Shown: positions 30,575 to 40,804 of the stretch, one piece after another | How positions within the stretch are numbered: position 1 is the stretch's first letter | Layout of the letters: each line of letters starts with the position of its first letter | NCBI GenBank assembly: GCA_963796965.1 | Contig: CAWCNS010000004.1 | Coordinates: forward strand, 960,001-1,024,000 | Direction: 5' to 3' | Source: Calditrichia bacterium | GTDB lineage: Bacteria; Calditrichota; Calditrichia; JAJRVZ01 | Length of the DNA stretch: 64,000 bases | Program-made: the position numbers and the translations under genes | Notes under the pieces: model-generated | What the model was told of the DNA's origin: nothing | Databases searched by the model: none | Seen by the model: the letters and a program-made list of their open reading frames with translations, nothing else

Positions 30575-30916
30575 ATGAAAATTAAAGAAAAAATTGATAA
30601 TCAGGTTGCAATATTGGCACTCAGTGGAAAAATGATGGGTGGACCAGAAACGACGGCATTGCATGATCACATCCGCGGTCTTATGGGTGATGGCATAAAT
30701 AAGGTTGTTATTGATCTTCATGGTGTTAAATGGATCAATAGCTCCGGATTAGGGGTTTTAATGGCTGCAATGACAACATTAAAAAATGCTGACGGACAAA
30801 TGAAATTGGCTAATGTTACAGAAAAGGTTGAGAGCCTTCTTATGATTACGCAATTAATGAGAATTTTTGAAACCTACGAATCAGTTGACAGAGCTGTTTC
30901 TTCATTGACGGAATAA
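30575..30916 (+). CDS. STAS-domain anti-sigma factor antagonist
   Basis: VVIDLHGVKWINSSGLGVL motif with the phosphorylatable Ser; GGAGG SD. Confidence 0.93.
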   Translation: MKIKEKIDNQVAILALSGKMMGGPETTALHDHIRGLMGDGINKVVIDLHGVKWINSSGLGVLMAAMTTLKNADGQMKLANVTEKVESLLMITQLMRIFETYESVDRAVSSLTE

Positions 30917-30928
30917 TTATAGATCTTC

Positions 30929-31609
30929 ATGGAAACCAGATCGTCTCACTCCTGGCAGATTTCTCTGGAGGAGGCCAAAGATCTTCAAATAAATCTTGCT
31001 AATAAAATAAAAAGACGCAAATTACCGTCTAACATAAAAAATGTAGCCGGTTTTGACGTTTCCTACCTGAAAGAGGAAAATGTTCTAATCGCTGGGATGG
31101 TCATCGTGGACTATCCCTCGCTAGAATTTAAAGACAAATTTCTTATTACAGATAAGATTCAATTTCCTTACATCCCCGGCTTTTTGAGTTTCAGAGAAGC
31201 ACCCGTTTTATTAAAATTGATTGAAAAATATTCTCATCAGGCCGATCTATTTATTTTTGATGGACATGGAGTGGCCCATCCCCGTGGTCTGGGTATTGCA
31301 TCTCATATTGGTGTATTGACCGGAAAACCAAGTATTGGGTGTGCTAAAAAAAGGTTAGTGGGCAGCTTTGACCTGCCAGGAGCTGGTAAAGGAGCACAGA
31401 GCGACCTAATTTATAAGGATCAAACTGTTGGAACTGTCCTACGGACGAGGATTAATGTAAAACCTGTTTTTGTTTCAGTGGGACATAATGTATATTTAGA
31501 GCAGGCAACGTCAATTATTCTAAATTGCACAACACGATATAGATTACCTGAACCTACCAGGTTGGCGCATAATAGTGTCACTGAATACCGTAAAAGAATT
31601 ATAAAGTAA
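30929..31609 (+). CDS. nfi: Endonuclease V
   Basis: AGFDVSY, FPYIPGFLSFRE, DGHGVAHPRGLGIASH, YRLPEPTR. Confidence 0.96.
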   Translation: METRSSHSWQISLEEAKDLQINLANKIKRRKLPSNIKNVAGFDVSYLKEENVLIAGMVIVDYPSLEFKDKFLITDKIQFPYIPGFLSFREAPVLLKLIEKYSHQADLFIFDGHGVAHPRGLGIASHIGVLTGKPSIGCAKKRLVGSFDLPGAGKGAQSDLIYKDQTVGTVLRTRINVKPVFVSVGHNVYLEQATSIILNCTTRYRLPEPTRLAHNSVTEYRKRIIK

Positions 31610-31635
31610 AAGTAAACTTTATATCAGGAGAATAC

Positions 31636-33390
31636 GTGACAAATACCACAAAGTCTGAATCTGGGCAAATAACTGAGTTAAAAAAACAGTTAGAACGCAA
31701 AGTTAACGAAATGCACTCCATGCAACAGATCGGGAAAACACTGAGTTCTGTTCTGGATAGAGACCGTTTACTCGTCCTGATCATGGATGAGGTGACAAGG
31801 CTGATGGACGCAGAGCGGGGAACATTGTATATCGTTGATACTGAAAAGGGTGAACTCTGGTCTAAAATTGCGCAAAAGGCAGAGATAAAGGAAATCAGAT
31901 TAAAAATTGGTACTGGTATAGCCGGACATGTGGCAGAAACAGGAAATGTTATAAATATAAAAGATGCTTATAAAGATGAGCGATTCGACCCGACAACCGA
32001 TAAAAAAACAGGATATCACACAAATACCATTCTCTGTATGGCAATACGTGAACCTGTAAAATCTAAAAAGCAAGCCGGTGGGATAATTGGTGTGTTGCAG
32101 ATATTAAATAAGCAAGGCGGTATATTTACTGAGGAAGATGAAGATCTGTTGACCAGCTTGGCTTCGCAAATTGCAATCTCATTGGTCAATTCCCGGCTTT
32201 ACGGTATCCTTGATAACCGTGCCAAAGAACTTGACCTTCTCTTTAATCTAGAGAAAGAGCTGGGCCGGGCCTATAATGTAAAGGAAATGTTGAAAAATAC
32301 CGCGGCTTTAATCCCCAAAGCTTTAGATGTTGAAGATTGCATTATCCTCCTTCTGGATGAGGAGAGCGGCAGAATTTCTGAGGGTTTTGCAAATAAGATT
32401 AAAGAGACCCTCTTGAATAATCTGGATGTCTCCTCTGAAGAAGGCATTGTAGCTCAGGTAATCAACACGGGAGAGGTGTACCTTACAAATGATACCTCCA
32501 AAATTAATCAGCCGGACCTTGACCGTTTAAAATCTATCTCGTTAGAAGTGAGTCAGTTGGCCTGTATGCCGCTTATAAGTGATAAAAAAACAATTGGTGT
32601 TATCTATCTGATTAATAAAAAAGGTGATCATGGTTATTTCTCAGCAAATGATCAGAAAATTCTCGAGTCATTAGCAGGCCAGATTGCCCGTGGATTGGAG
32701 AATAATCGTTTAAAGGAAGAAAAAATGAAGGCGGACCGCCTCAGTGCAATTGGAAATATGATGAGTACCATTGTCCATGACCTGCGCACTCCAATGACTA
32801 ATATCTATGGATTTGTAGATCTTATGCTTGATGAAGATGATCGGGAAACGCGTGAAGAATACGCTGAGATAGTAAATGATCAGATAAACCTTTTAACCAA
32901 TATGACAACAGATGTATTGGATTTTGCTAAGGGTAAAACGACCATTCTTCCTGTTAAATGTGCTGTGGATAAACTTGTTAAAGATTTTGCTAAGGTCTTT
33001 GAAAATGATACCAAAAATAAAGGTTTTAATTTTGAATGGGCCGTCAATACGGCAAGTATGATTTATATCGATCCTGAAAAGATTCACCGGGTATTTATGA
33101 ATATAATGAAAAATGCCTTGGAAGCCATGTCAAAAGGAGGAACTTTTAGTATTCAGGCTGATGAACAAAATGGTGAGATAGTTTTTAGTCTGGCAGATAC
33201 GGGTAAGGGAATTCCGGAAGAGATACGGGATAAATTATTTGATTCATTTGTTACCAGTGGAAAAAAAGGAGGGACAGGATTAGGTCTCGCCATAGTCAAA
33301 AAGGTTATCGAAGAGCATAAAGGAAAGATAGAAGTTGAATCGGAACAAGGGGTTGGAACAACATTCAAAATTTATTTTCCAAAGATGTAA
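31636..33390 (+). CDS. Tandem-GAF sensor histidine kinase
   Basis: Two GAF domains (NK..F...DE); HDLRTP H-box; N, G1 (DTGKG), F and G2 (GTGLGL) boxes; no TM segment. Confidence 0.93.
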   Translation: MTNTTKSESGQITELKKQLERKVNEMHSMQQIGKTLSSVLDRDRLLVLIMDEVTRLMDAERGTLYIVDTEKGELWSKIAQKAEIKEIRLKIGTGIAGHVAETGNVINIKDAYKDERFDPTTDKKTGYHTNTILCMAIREPVKSKKQAGGIIGVLQILNKQGGIFTEEDEDLLTSLASQIAISLVNSRLYGILDNRAKELDLLFNLEKELGRAYNVKEMLKNTAALIPKALDVEDCIILLLDEESGRISEGFANKIKETLLNNLDVSSEEGIVAQVINTGEVYLTNDTSKINQPDLDRLKSISLEVSQLACMPLISDKKTIGVIYLINKKGDHGYFSANDQKILESLAGQIARGLENNRLKEEKMKADRLSAIGNMMSTIVHDLRTPMTNIYGFVDLMLDEDDRETREEYAEIVNDQINLLTNMTTDVLDFAKGKTTILPVKCAVDKLVKDFAKVFENDTKNKGFNFEWAVNTASMIYIDPEKIHRVFMNIMKNALEAMSKGGTFSIQADEQNGEIVFSLADTGKGIPEEIRDKLFDSFVTSGKKGGTGLGLAIVKKVIEEHKGKIEVESEQGVGTTFKIYFPKM

Positions 33391-33392
33391 TC

Positions 33393-34337
33393 ATGTCAGC
33401 CCTAACAATCATTACACATCCAATATATCTTGAGCATGATACAGGTCCTGGTCATCCGGAACGACCGGATAGATTGCGTGCCATACTTGAGAAATTAAAA
33501 CGCAGCCCCCTTATTAATCAAGTTGAATTGATAGAAGCTGAGAGAGCAGATACCAATGCGGTTCTCGCAGCCCATTCCGAAGAACACGTAGAAAATGTAA
33601 CCGCTGCTATAAGGAATGGAACCAAAATACTTGATGGAGGCGATACTGTTGTATCAGAAAAATCTCTCGATGCGGCATTATATGCTGCTGGTGGTGTAAC
33701 AAAAGCTGTTCGGCTATTAAAAAATGAACAGACCTCAAAAGTGTTTTGTGCTGTGAGACCACCCGGACACCATGCTGAATATGATAAAGCGATGGGATTT
33801 TGTATCTTTAATAATGTCGCCGTGGCTGCGCGTTATGCACAAGCAATTGGCTTAGCCGAAAAAGTACTCATTGTTGACTGGGATGTTCATCATGGAAATG
33901 GTACCCAGGATATATTTGATCATGATCCCTCGGTTTTTTATTACAGTTTGCATCAATATCCGTTTTATCCCGGAACAGGAAGAGAGAGTGAGATTGGCTT
34001 GGGTAAAGGAGAAGGTTTTACCTTGAATCGACCCTTAAAAGCTGGCAGTACCAATGATATATATCTCACGGCATTTGAAAATGATATGGAAAGAATTGAA
34101 TCCGTATTCAAAGCAGATCTTGTTCTGATTTCGGCTGGATTTGATGCACATCGTGATGATCCATTGGCAGGAATGTTGGTGACAGAACCTGGCTTTTGGA
34201 AATTTACTGAAATTTTGGCAAAATATAGCTGGCGATATGCTAATGGAAAGATTATCTCGGTTCTGGAGGGTGGATATGATTTAAGTGCCCTGGCGGGTAG
34301 TGTTTTAACGCATCTTGACTGTTTATTAAAGCATTGA
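33393..34337 (+). CDS. Histone deacetylase family protein
   Basis: HPERPDR, RPPGHHA, GFCIFNN, DWDVHHGNGTQ, SAGFDAH, LEGGY. Confidence 0.95.
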   Translation: MSALTIITHPIYLEHDTGPGHPERPDRLRAILEKLKRSPLINQVELIEAERADTNAVLAAHSEEHVENVTAAIRNGTKILDGGDTVVSEKSLDAALYAAGGVTKAVRLLKNEQTSKVFCAVRPPGHHAEYDKAMGFCIFNNVAVAARYAQAIGLAEKVLIVDWDVHHGNGTQDIFDHDPSVFYYSLHQYPFYPGTGRESEIGLGKGEGFTLNRPLKAGSTNDIYLTAFENDMERIESVFKADLVLISAGFDAHRDDPLAGMLVTEPGFWKFTEILAKYSWRYANGKIISVLEGGYDLSALAGSVLTHLDCLLKH

Positions 34338-34344
34338 GGTTATA

Positions 34345-35052
34345 ATGAGATTAATGTTTTTGTGTATATTGTTTTTGTTTTCGTGTGGCCAACAATCAAC
34401 CATTAATCAAAGAACTGAAAAAATGTACGAAAAAATGCGGACCAGCATGGTTAAGGATCAAATTGAACGACGTGGGGTTCGTGATCAAAAGGTCCTGAAT
34501 GCGATGCAAAATGTTCCACGTCATGAATTTGTTCCTGATCATCTCAAGAAGTATGCCTACGCTGATGAGCCTTTACCGATAGGAGAAGATCAAACTATCT
34601 CACAACCGTATATTGTGGCCTATATGACCGAATATCTAAATCTGGAGGCTAATCATAAAGTTCTGGAAATTGGAACGGGATCAGGTTATCAGGCAGCAGT
34701 ATTAGCTGAAATAATTGATACGGTCTACACCATTGAAATTGTCGAAGTCTTGGCAACTAAGGCCAATCAAACACTCGAACGGTTGGGTTATGAAAATGTA
34801 TTTGTTAAAGGAGGGGATGGTTACAAAGGCTGGCCGGAGCATGCACCGTTTGATGCCATCATTATTACGGCCGCACCAACTAAAATCCCTCAGCCCTTGC
34901 TACAACAACTTAAAATTGGTGGACATATGATTCTGCCACTGGGCGATTATTCACAGGAGTTGGTATTGATTGAAAAAAGAGAAAATGAATATAAACAGGA
35001 GAAGTTACTACCAGTTCGGTTTGTCCCAATGACCGGAGAGGTTGCTGATTAA
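34345..35052 (+). CDS. pcm: Protein-L-isoaspartate O-methyltransferase
   Basis: VPRHEF, QTISQPYIVA, VLEIGTGSGYQAA, APFDAI, VRFVPM. Confidence 0.96.
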   Translation: MRLMFLCILFLFSCGQQSTINQRTEKMYEKMRTSMVKDQIERRGVRDQKVLNAMQNVPRHEFVPDHLKKYAYADEPLPIGEDQTISQPYIVAYMTEYLNLEANHKVLEIGTGSGYQAAVLAEIIDTVYTIEIVEVLATKANQTLERLGYENVFVKGGDGYKGWPEHAPFDAIIITAAPTKIPQPLLQQLKIGGHMILPLGDYSQELVLIEKRENEYKQEKLLPVRFVPMTGEVAD

Positions 35053-35061
35053 TTATACTAT

Positions 35062-36177
35062 ATGAAATCGAAAGAAGTTGTAGAAATTGCCAGGCGGATA
35101 GTTGACGATCGCATGGAGTTAGATCATCTTAGCCGATTGTATGGAACGGTAATATTCAGGCAAGATAAAAAAAATATATCTGAGAATGAAATCGATCAGA
35201 TTCAATCAGCTCTCTTCTCAAATGGTATATATTCCCAGATCCAGAAGACATCTAAAGAATACTTGTTGAGACTTCTGATTGATTTCTCCAAAGTCAAAAC
35301 AGAGAATAAAAAAATAAATTTAGTACTGTTCATTCTAACCATTTTAACAACGACTCTTACCGGATCTTTTTTAAGTGGCTATAATCCTTTTGAAACAATA
35401 CTAGGTTTGTTACAAGGAATTCCCTATTCAATTGCTGTAATGAGCATCTTAGGGGCTCATGAGATGGGTCATTACTTGTATGCAAGGAGATACCGGATCT
35501 ACGCCACCTTACCTTATTTTATACCCTTTTTTGTTCCGGGTTTTAATTTCGGTACTTTTGGGGCTTTTATTAAAATAAAATCACCTATCCCTAATAAAAA
35601 GGCTTTGTTCGATGTGGGAATTGCCGGTCCGATTGCTGGATTTATTGTAAGTTTATTTTTTTTATTTTTAGGATTTAGTTTATTACCAGACCTGGAGGGG
35701 ATAAAAGAATATATTTCGCCACGGATACATGAATGGAGTCCGACCGGGGAGGGGGCCCTTACCTTGGGAAGTTCTTTGTTATTTGACTTGATTCGTTGGG
35801 TTATGAACGCTGATCATTTACCTATGTATGAAATGTATCATTTCCCATTTATCTTTGGTGGTTGGATCGGTCTCTTTGTCACCGCTCTAAATTTAATGCC
35901 AATCGGACAACTTGATGGAGGTCATATTAGTTATGCCCTTCTAGGTAAGAGAGCTAAGATCGTTGCTATCATCGCGTTTATTGCTTTGGCCCTTTTAAAT
36001 TTTTATTCGACAAACTGGATACTGTGGACAATTCTAATTTTGCTGGTCGTACGTTTAAAGCATCCACCGACGATGGATGACCGCCCTGAATTGGACGAAT
36101 CAAGAAGAACATTAGCATGGATATCTTATATTATATTTATTACCTGTTTTACACCCATGCCCATTTATTTTTCATAG
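35062..36177 (+). CDS. Site-2 protease (M50) family membrane metalloprotease
   Basis: HEMGH, GIAGPIAG, LNLMPIGQLDGGH. Confidence 0.92.
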   Translation: MKSKEVVEIARRIVDDRMELDHLSRLYGTVIFRQDKKNISENEIDQIQSALFSNGIYSQIQKTSKEYLLRLLIDFSKVKTENKKINLVLFILTILTTTLTGSFLSGYNPFETILGLLQGIPYSIAVMSILGAHEMGHYLYARRYRIYATLPYFIPFFVPGFNFGTFGAFIKIKSPIPNKKALFDVGIAGPIAGFIVSLFFLFLGFSLLPDLEGIKEYISPRIHEWSPTGEGALTLGSSLLFDLIRWVMNADHLPMYEMYHFPFIFGGWIGLFVTALNLMPIGQLDGGHISYALLGKRAKIVAIIAFIALALLNFYSTNWILWTILILLVVRLKHPPTMDDRPELDESRRTLAWISYIIFITCFTPMPIYFS

Positions 36178-36287
36178 TTGTCGCAAACATAAGGGGTGAG
36201 CAATAAAATATCCATGCTGCGATGGTTGATTAAGTTTAATTCTATCCCGTCTGTTGTCGATATCTTATTATTGAAATAGGAGTTGGT

Positions 36288-36875
36288 TTGAAAATTGTAT
36301 TAATTTTGATTGGATTAATAATAGTATTTCTCGTCGTCATTAACTACTTGAGAAAATTGCATTTAGATGCTCTGCACTTTAATCTTCTTGAACTTGTTGA
36401 TGCCATCGGTGGACAAGTTATGAGACGTGGATTCTTATCACGTCCAGTTTACCATGGAAAATATAAAGGCGTTGATCTGACTATCAATTTTAGTTCGGAG
36501 CGCAGTCAGAAGAAGCGCCGCGAATACCTTGATATAAGTCTTTCAAGGAACCTCAAGAATAATCTCACAATTTCGACACGTGAATGGATTGAAAACAGAA
36601 GTGAGGGATCCCTGGAGGATTTTGAATCACTGGAAATAAATGGACAGGATGGCTATGTGATAAAAAATGCAACAAAGGCAAACTATCTAAAAAATGACCA
36701 GGATGTAAAATTTAAGAAGATTGTACAAGCGCTCACACCGTTCGCTTATATCTTTTGTGGTCAGAATGGTGTCATCTTCGAAAGGGAATGCGATAATTTG
36801 GCCACCTGTACAAAACATCCCCAATTAAAGGATACCATTACCTCTCTAAACCAATTAACCCAGATATTAAAATAA
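36288..36875 (+). CDS. Hypothetical single-pass membrane protein
   Basis: N-terminal TM helix, GGAG SD, stop overlaps the era start. Confidence 0.7.
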   Translation: MKIVLILIGLIIVFLVVINYLRKLHLDALHFNLLELVDAIGGQVMRRGFLSRPVYHGKYKGVDLTINFSSERSQKKRREYLDISLSRNLKNNLTISTREWIENRSEGSLEDFESLEINGQDGYVIKNATKANYLKNDQDVKFKKIVQALTPFAYIFCGQNGVIFERECDNLATCTKHPQLKDTITSLNQLTQILK

Positions 36876-37786
36876 TGCCAGATCACAAATTATTCAGAGC
36901 CGGATACATAACCATTTTGGGAAGACCAAATGTTGGTAAGTCTACCCTTCTTAATCGTCTGCTTGATTTTAGGTTATCGATTATTTCTCCTCGCCCGCAA
37001 ACAACCCGTCGGCGCATCATGGGTATTATGAATAAAACCAATTTGCAGATCATTTTCCTTGATACACCTGGATTGTTGGATCCTAAATATAAGTTTCAGC
37101 AGGTTATGAATAATTTTATTCAATCATCAATTGCTGATGCTGATGTTTTGCTTTATATGGTAGAGGCTAAAAAACCATCAGCCGAAAGTCGTATGAATAT
37201 TGAAGAGGAAATTGCTCTACTTGAAAAAAATAATCCACAAAAAAGACCTGTAATCCTGGTTCTCAATAAAATTGATTTGTTATCCAAAGAATATATTCTT
37301 CCTATGATGAAGACTTTTGCCGAACTGTATACATTTTTAAACCTGATCCCTGTGTCTGCTCTCAAAAAAGACGGTTTAGAAGAGTTGACAAGAGAGTTAC
37401 ATCAAATTATCCCCTTGCACCCACCCTTTTATGATCCCGATATGTTGACCGAGCAACCGGAGCGGTTTTTTGTGTCTGAGTTTATACGGGAACAGATATT
37501 TCTCTATTTTCGAGAAGAAGTCCCTTACGCCACTGAAGTACAAATCGAAGAGTTTATTGAAAGAGAAAAGGGAAAAGATCTGATCCGGGCAACAATATTT
37601 GTGGAGCGAAATTCACAAAAAGGAATCATCATTGGCAAAAAGGGTGAAACGCTTAAAAAAATTGGTCTTAAATCAAGAAAAGTCATTGAATCCTTTCTGG
37701 ACAGGGAAGTTTATCTTGAACTAAGAGTTAAGGTAAGCAAGGATTGGCGAAAACGGGATGATCAAATCAAGGAGTTTGGATACTAG
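36875..37786 (+). CDS. era: GTPase Era
   Basis: GRPNVGKSTL, PQTTR, DTPG, NKID, EEVPY, KH motif SQKGIIIGKKG. Confidence 0.97.
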   Translation: MPDHKLFRAGYITILGRPNVGKSTLLNRLLDFRLSIISPRPQTTRRRIMGIMNKTNLQIIFLDTPGLLDPKYKFQQVMNNFIQSSIADADVLLYMVEAKKPSAESRMNIEEEIALLEKNNPQKRPVILVLNKIDLLSKEYILPMMKTFAELYTFLNLIPVSALKKDGLEELTRELHQIIPLHPPFYDPDMLTEQPERFFVSEFIREQIFLYFREEVPYATEVQIEEFIEREKGKDLIRATIFVERNSQKGIIIGKKGETLKKIGLKSRKVIESFLDREVYLELRVKVSKDWRKRDDQIKEFGY

Positions 37787-37983
37787 CCTGCACACTGATA
37801 GGAGATACGGGATACCAGATACGTGAGAAAAATCTACTAAATAGATGTTATCAAATAATCCTATCTTGTTCAACTTAATGTATGGAAGTTGTGATTTGAA
37901 ATTTATTTGATATTTGATATTTGTGATTTGTCATTTCAAAAACATTGCTACAATAGCATAAACGGGTCTCCTGGATAAAAGTC

Positions 37984-38673
37984 ATGCAACCAAAACTACT
38001 GTTATTCGACATAGATGGAACCATTCTCTCAGCACGGGGCATTCCAAAATATGTGATGAAAAAGGTTCTATCACAGCGATTCCCAAGTTTTTCTTATGAC
38101 GAAGAATATGATTTTTCAGGAAGAACAGATCCTGAAATCATTGAACACTTATTATCCCATGCCCAGGTTGAATTTTCAACGAAAGACATAAATGAAATAC
38201 TTATAAAATTTACGGCTCTTCTGGAAAGAGAATTTAATAATAACCATCGTCCGTATTTGTTAGAAGGAGTCGAAAATCTGATAAATGCTCTACTTACTAC
38301 TGAACATGTATATTTGGGCTTGGTAACAGGGAATATATCAGAAGGGGCCAGAATAAAATTAGAAAGTGTGGGTTTATATCATAATTTTCCCATTGGCGGA
38401 TTTGGAGATGATTCAAAAAACCGGATAGATTTGCCACCCATTGCCCTGGAAAGGGCGCAAGAATATTATAATATTCCATTTTCAAAGCCACATACCTGGA
38501 TAATAGGTGACAGTATATATGATATAAAATGTGCTGAAATGAATAATTTACGTTGTCTGGCCGTGGCTTCAGGTAAAACGCAAAAGCATGTCTTGGCATC
38601 TGCTAATCCTGAATTTTTGAAAGATGACCTCTCTGAAACCCAATCGATATTAGATATATTGGTAAATTCATAA
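37984..38673 (+). CDS. HAD-superfamily hydrolase
   Basis: FDIDGT, LVTGN, IIGDS..D. Confidence 0.9.
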   Translation: MQPKLLLFDIDGTILSARGIPKYVMKKVLSQRFPSFSYDEEYDFSGRTDPEIIEHLLSHAQVEFSTKDINEILIKFTALLEREFNNNHRPYLLEGVENLINALLTTEHVYLGLVTGNISEGARIKLESVGLYHNFPIGGFGDDSKNRIDLPPIALERAQEYYNIPFSKPHTWIIGDSIYDIKCAEMNNLRCLAVASGKTQKHVLASANPEFLKDDLSETQSILDILVNS

Positions 38674-38704
38674 ATAAAGTTCACTTTTTATCCCCTTCCA
38701 AATA

Positions 38705-40036
38705 ATGCTTGAAAAAAAAATGAAGACATCCCATAGAATTTTTATTGGTGATGCCCGAGATATGAAGTTTTTGCAGGATGAATCTGTCCATTTATGTATT
38801 ACCTCTCCACCCTACTGGCAAATAAAGGATTATGGGACAAGTGGGCAAATTGGATTTCGTGACTCCTATGAAGATTATATCAATAATTTAAATTTGGTGT
38901 GGCAGGAAACATATCGTGTCTTGAAACCGGGATGTCGGTTCTGTGTTAATATTGGTGATCAATTTGCTCGTGCCACATATTACGGTCGGTATAAAATTAT
39001 CCCCATCAGAACAGAAATCATCAAATTTTGTGAATCAATCGGTTTTGATTATATGGGAGTTATCATATGGCAGAAGGTTACAACGACTAATACATCGGGT
39101 GGTGCCAGTATTATGGGATCGTATCCATATCCCAGAAATGGTATCATCAAACTGGATTATGAATTTATTCTTATTTTTAAAAAACCAGGAGAAACAGAGA
39201 AAATTAACAAGGCACGAAAACAACGTTCTCAATTGAGTAAAGAAGAATGGCATGAATATTTCTCAGGTCATTGGGCGATTCCCGGTAACAAGCAAAAAGA
39301 TCATTTGGCTGTATTTCCAGTTGAGATACCGAATCGGCTGATTAAGATGTTTAGCTTTATTGGAGAGGTTGTACTCGATCCATTTCTTGGTAGTGGGACT
39401 ACATCTTTTAGTGCTATGAATCATTATCGCCACTCAATCGGCATTGAAATTAATGATAAATTTCTACCGGTTATTAAAAAGAAACTTGGTTTTTTGGGTC
39501 AGGATTTTCCTCATGATGTGCAAGTAAACTTTAATCAAAACGAAATGAATAATGCTGAAATAAAGAAACGGATTCAAAAATTCCCCTATCGTTTTTCTGA
39601 TCCACACCAACTGGTAAGGAAACAAACTTCAGAGATTAAAAAGTATGGATCAAAAATATCGGATAGAGATAAGGATCCCCTCACATACTATTCGGTAATA
39701 AAAATTCTTGAGGGTGATCTAATTCGTTTAAGTAATGGGAAAAATATCCGCTTATTGGGTGTTAAAATTAGTCGGAAAGACAACCAGGCTGCTATTCAAT
39801 TTCTTACAAAGAAAACAAAATCCCGACAAGTATTTGTCATATTTGATCAGGATAAAAAAGATTGTGATGGTAATTGGATGGGATACCTATATTTAAAAAA
39901 CAAAACATTTTTAAATGCTCATCTCATCAAAACCGGCCTGGCACAAGCAGATCCAGAGGGAAGATATAAGCATAAGAAAAGATTTTTATCCTATCAACAG
40001 AGTTTTTTAAGTCTATCCAAAGAAATAAAAGAATGA
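38705..40036 (+). CDS. Beta-class N4-C/N6-A DNA methyltransferase fused to C-terminal thermonuclease (SNase)-like domain
   Basis: TSPPY (motif IV) precedes DPFLGSGTT (motif I). C-terminal EGDLI..NGKNIRLLGV..YLYLKNKTFLNAHLIKTGLA. The start may be ATG 38720. Confidence 0.88.
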   Translation: MLEKKMKTSHRIFIGDARDMKFLQDESVHLCITSPPYWQIKDYGTSGQIGFRDSYEDYINNLNLVWQETYRVLKPGCRFCVNIGDQFARATYYGRYKIIPIRTEIIKFCESIGFDYMGVIIWQKVTTTNTSGGASIMGSYPYPRNGIIKLDYEFILIFKKPGETEKINKARKQRSQLSKEEWHEYFSGHWAIPGNKQKDHLAVFPVEIPNRLIKMFSFIGEVVLDPFLGSGTTSFSAMNHYRHSIGIEINDKFLPVIKKKLGFLGQDFPHDVQVNFNQNEMNNAEIKKRIQKFPYRFSDPHQLVRKQTSEIKKYGSKISDRDKDPLTYYSVIKILEGDLIRLSNGKNIRLLGVKISRKDNQAAIQFLTKKTKSRQVFVIFDQDKKDCDGNWMGYLYLKNKTFLNAHLIKTGLAQADPEGRYKHKKRFLSYQQSFLSLSKEIKE

Positions 40037-40602
40037 ATACGGAATCCGTACGCTGTTTTATCGCAATCAAACTACCTTCGGATGTCAGGGTTCAGATTGA
40101 ATCCTATGTTCAAAATCTTGCTCGCTATACCAAGATGGTAAGATGGGTTAAATCCGATAGTTTACATCTTACATTAAAATTCTTGGGAGAAATCGAATAT
40201 AGTAAACTGGAAATAATAAAATCCAGGTTGGAACGGGTAGATTTGGTTGGCTCATCTTTTGATATTAAGATTATAGGTTCTGGATGTTTCCCCGGACATA
40301 AAAAACCCCAGGTGTTTTGGCTAGGCGTAGATCGGAATGCCGTTTCTCATCTGAGTGAAATTCAGTTTTGGCTGGAGGAAGTTTTAAGCCAGGTCGGGTT
40401 TGAAAAGGAAAAACGCAGATTCTCACCACATCTGACGATAGGCCGGGTGAAAGGAAATGAAAGTTTTTCCGAACTCTATTCATATTTAGACCGGCACCAA
40501 TTTAGCAGCAAAAAATTTAGGGTGGAGAACATTTTTTTAATTCGTAGTATTCTCAAACCAACCGGTGCAGAATATGAAGTCCTGGGTACTTATCCCCTTT
40601 GA
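40033..40602 (+). CDS. thpR: RNA 2',3'-cyclic phosphodiesterase (2H family)
   Basis: RCFIAI, HLTLKFLG and FSPHLTIGR (two HxT motifs). Confidence 0.93.
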   Translation: MNTESVRCFIAIKLPSDVRVQIESYVQNLARYTKMVRWVKSDSLHLTLKFLGEIEYSKLEIIKSRLERVDLVGSSFDIKIIGSGCFPGHKKPQVFWLGVDRNAVSHLSEIQFWLEEVLSQVGFEKEKRRFSPHLTIGRVKGNESFSELYSYLDRHQFSSKKFRVENIFLIRSILKPTGAEYEVLGTYPL

Positions 40603-40804
40603 TTTTCACGGGTTTACCGCCATTCTGCTTCCTCATCACTTGTACTAATTTATTTCACTCTCCTTTTGGGATAGGATAGGGGGAGAATGAGGTTAAAAGT
40701 ACGAGTATATTCTAAGTATGAACTGAATACTCATAATATTAATAATTGAATCTAATGATAGGATAAAGTAAATTTTTTGTTTCTAAATCACATAAGGACT
40801 TCGT

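Noticed and set aside
38712..38720. Phase-variable A9 tract in the methyltransferase 5' end
   Set aside because: The tract ends at a second in-frame ATG (38720) that could serve as the start, so slippage need not switch the gene off. A-runs are common in this AT-rich DNA.
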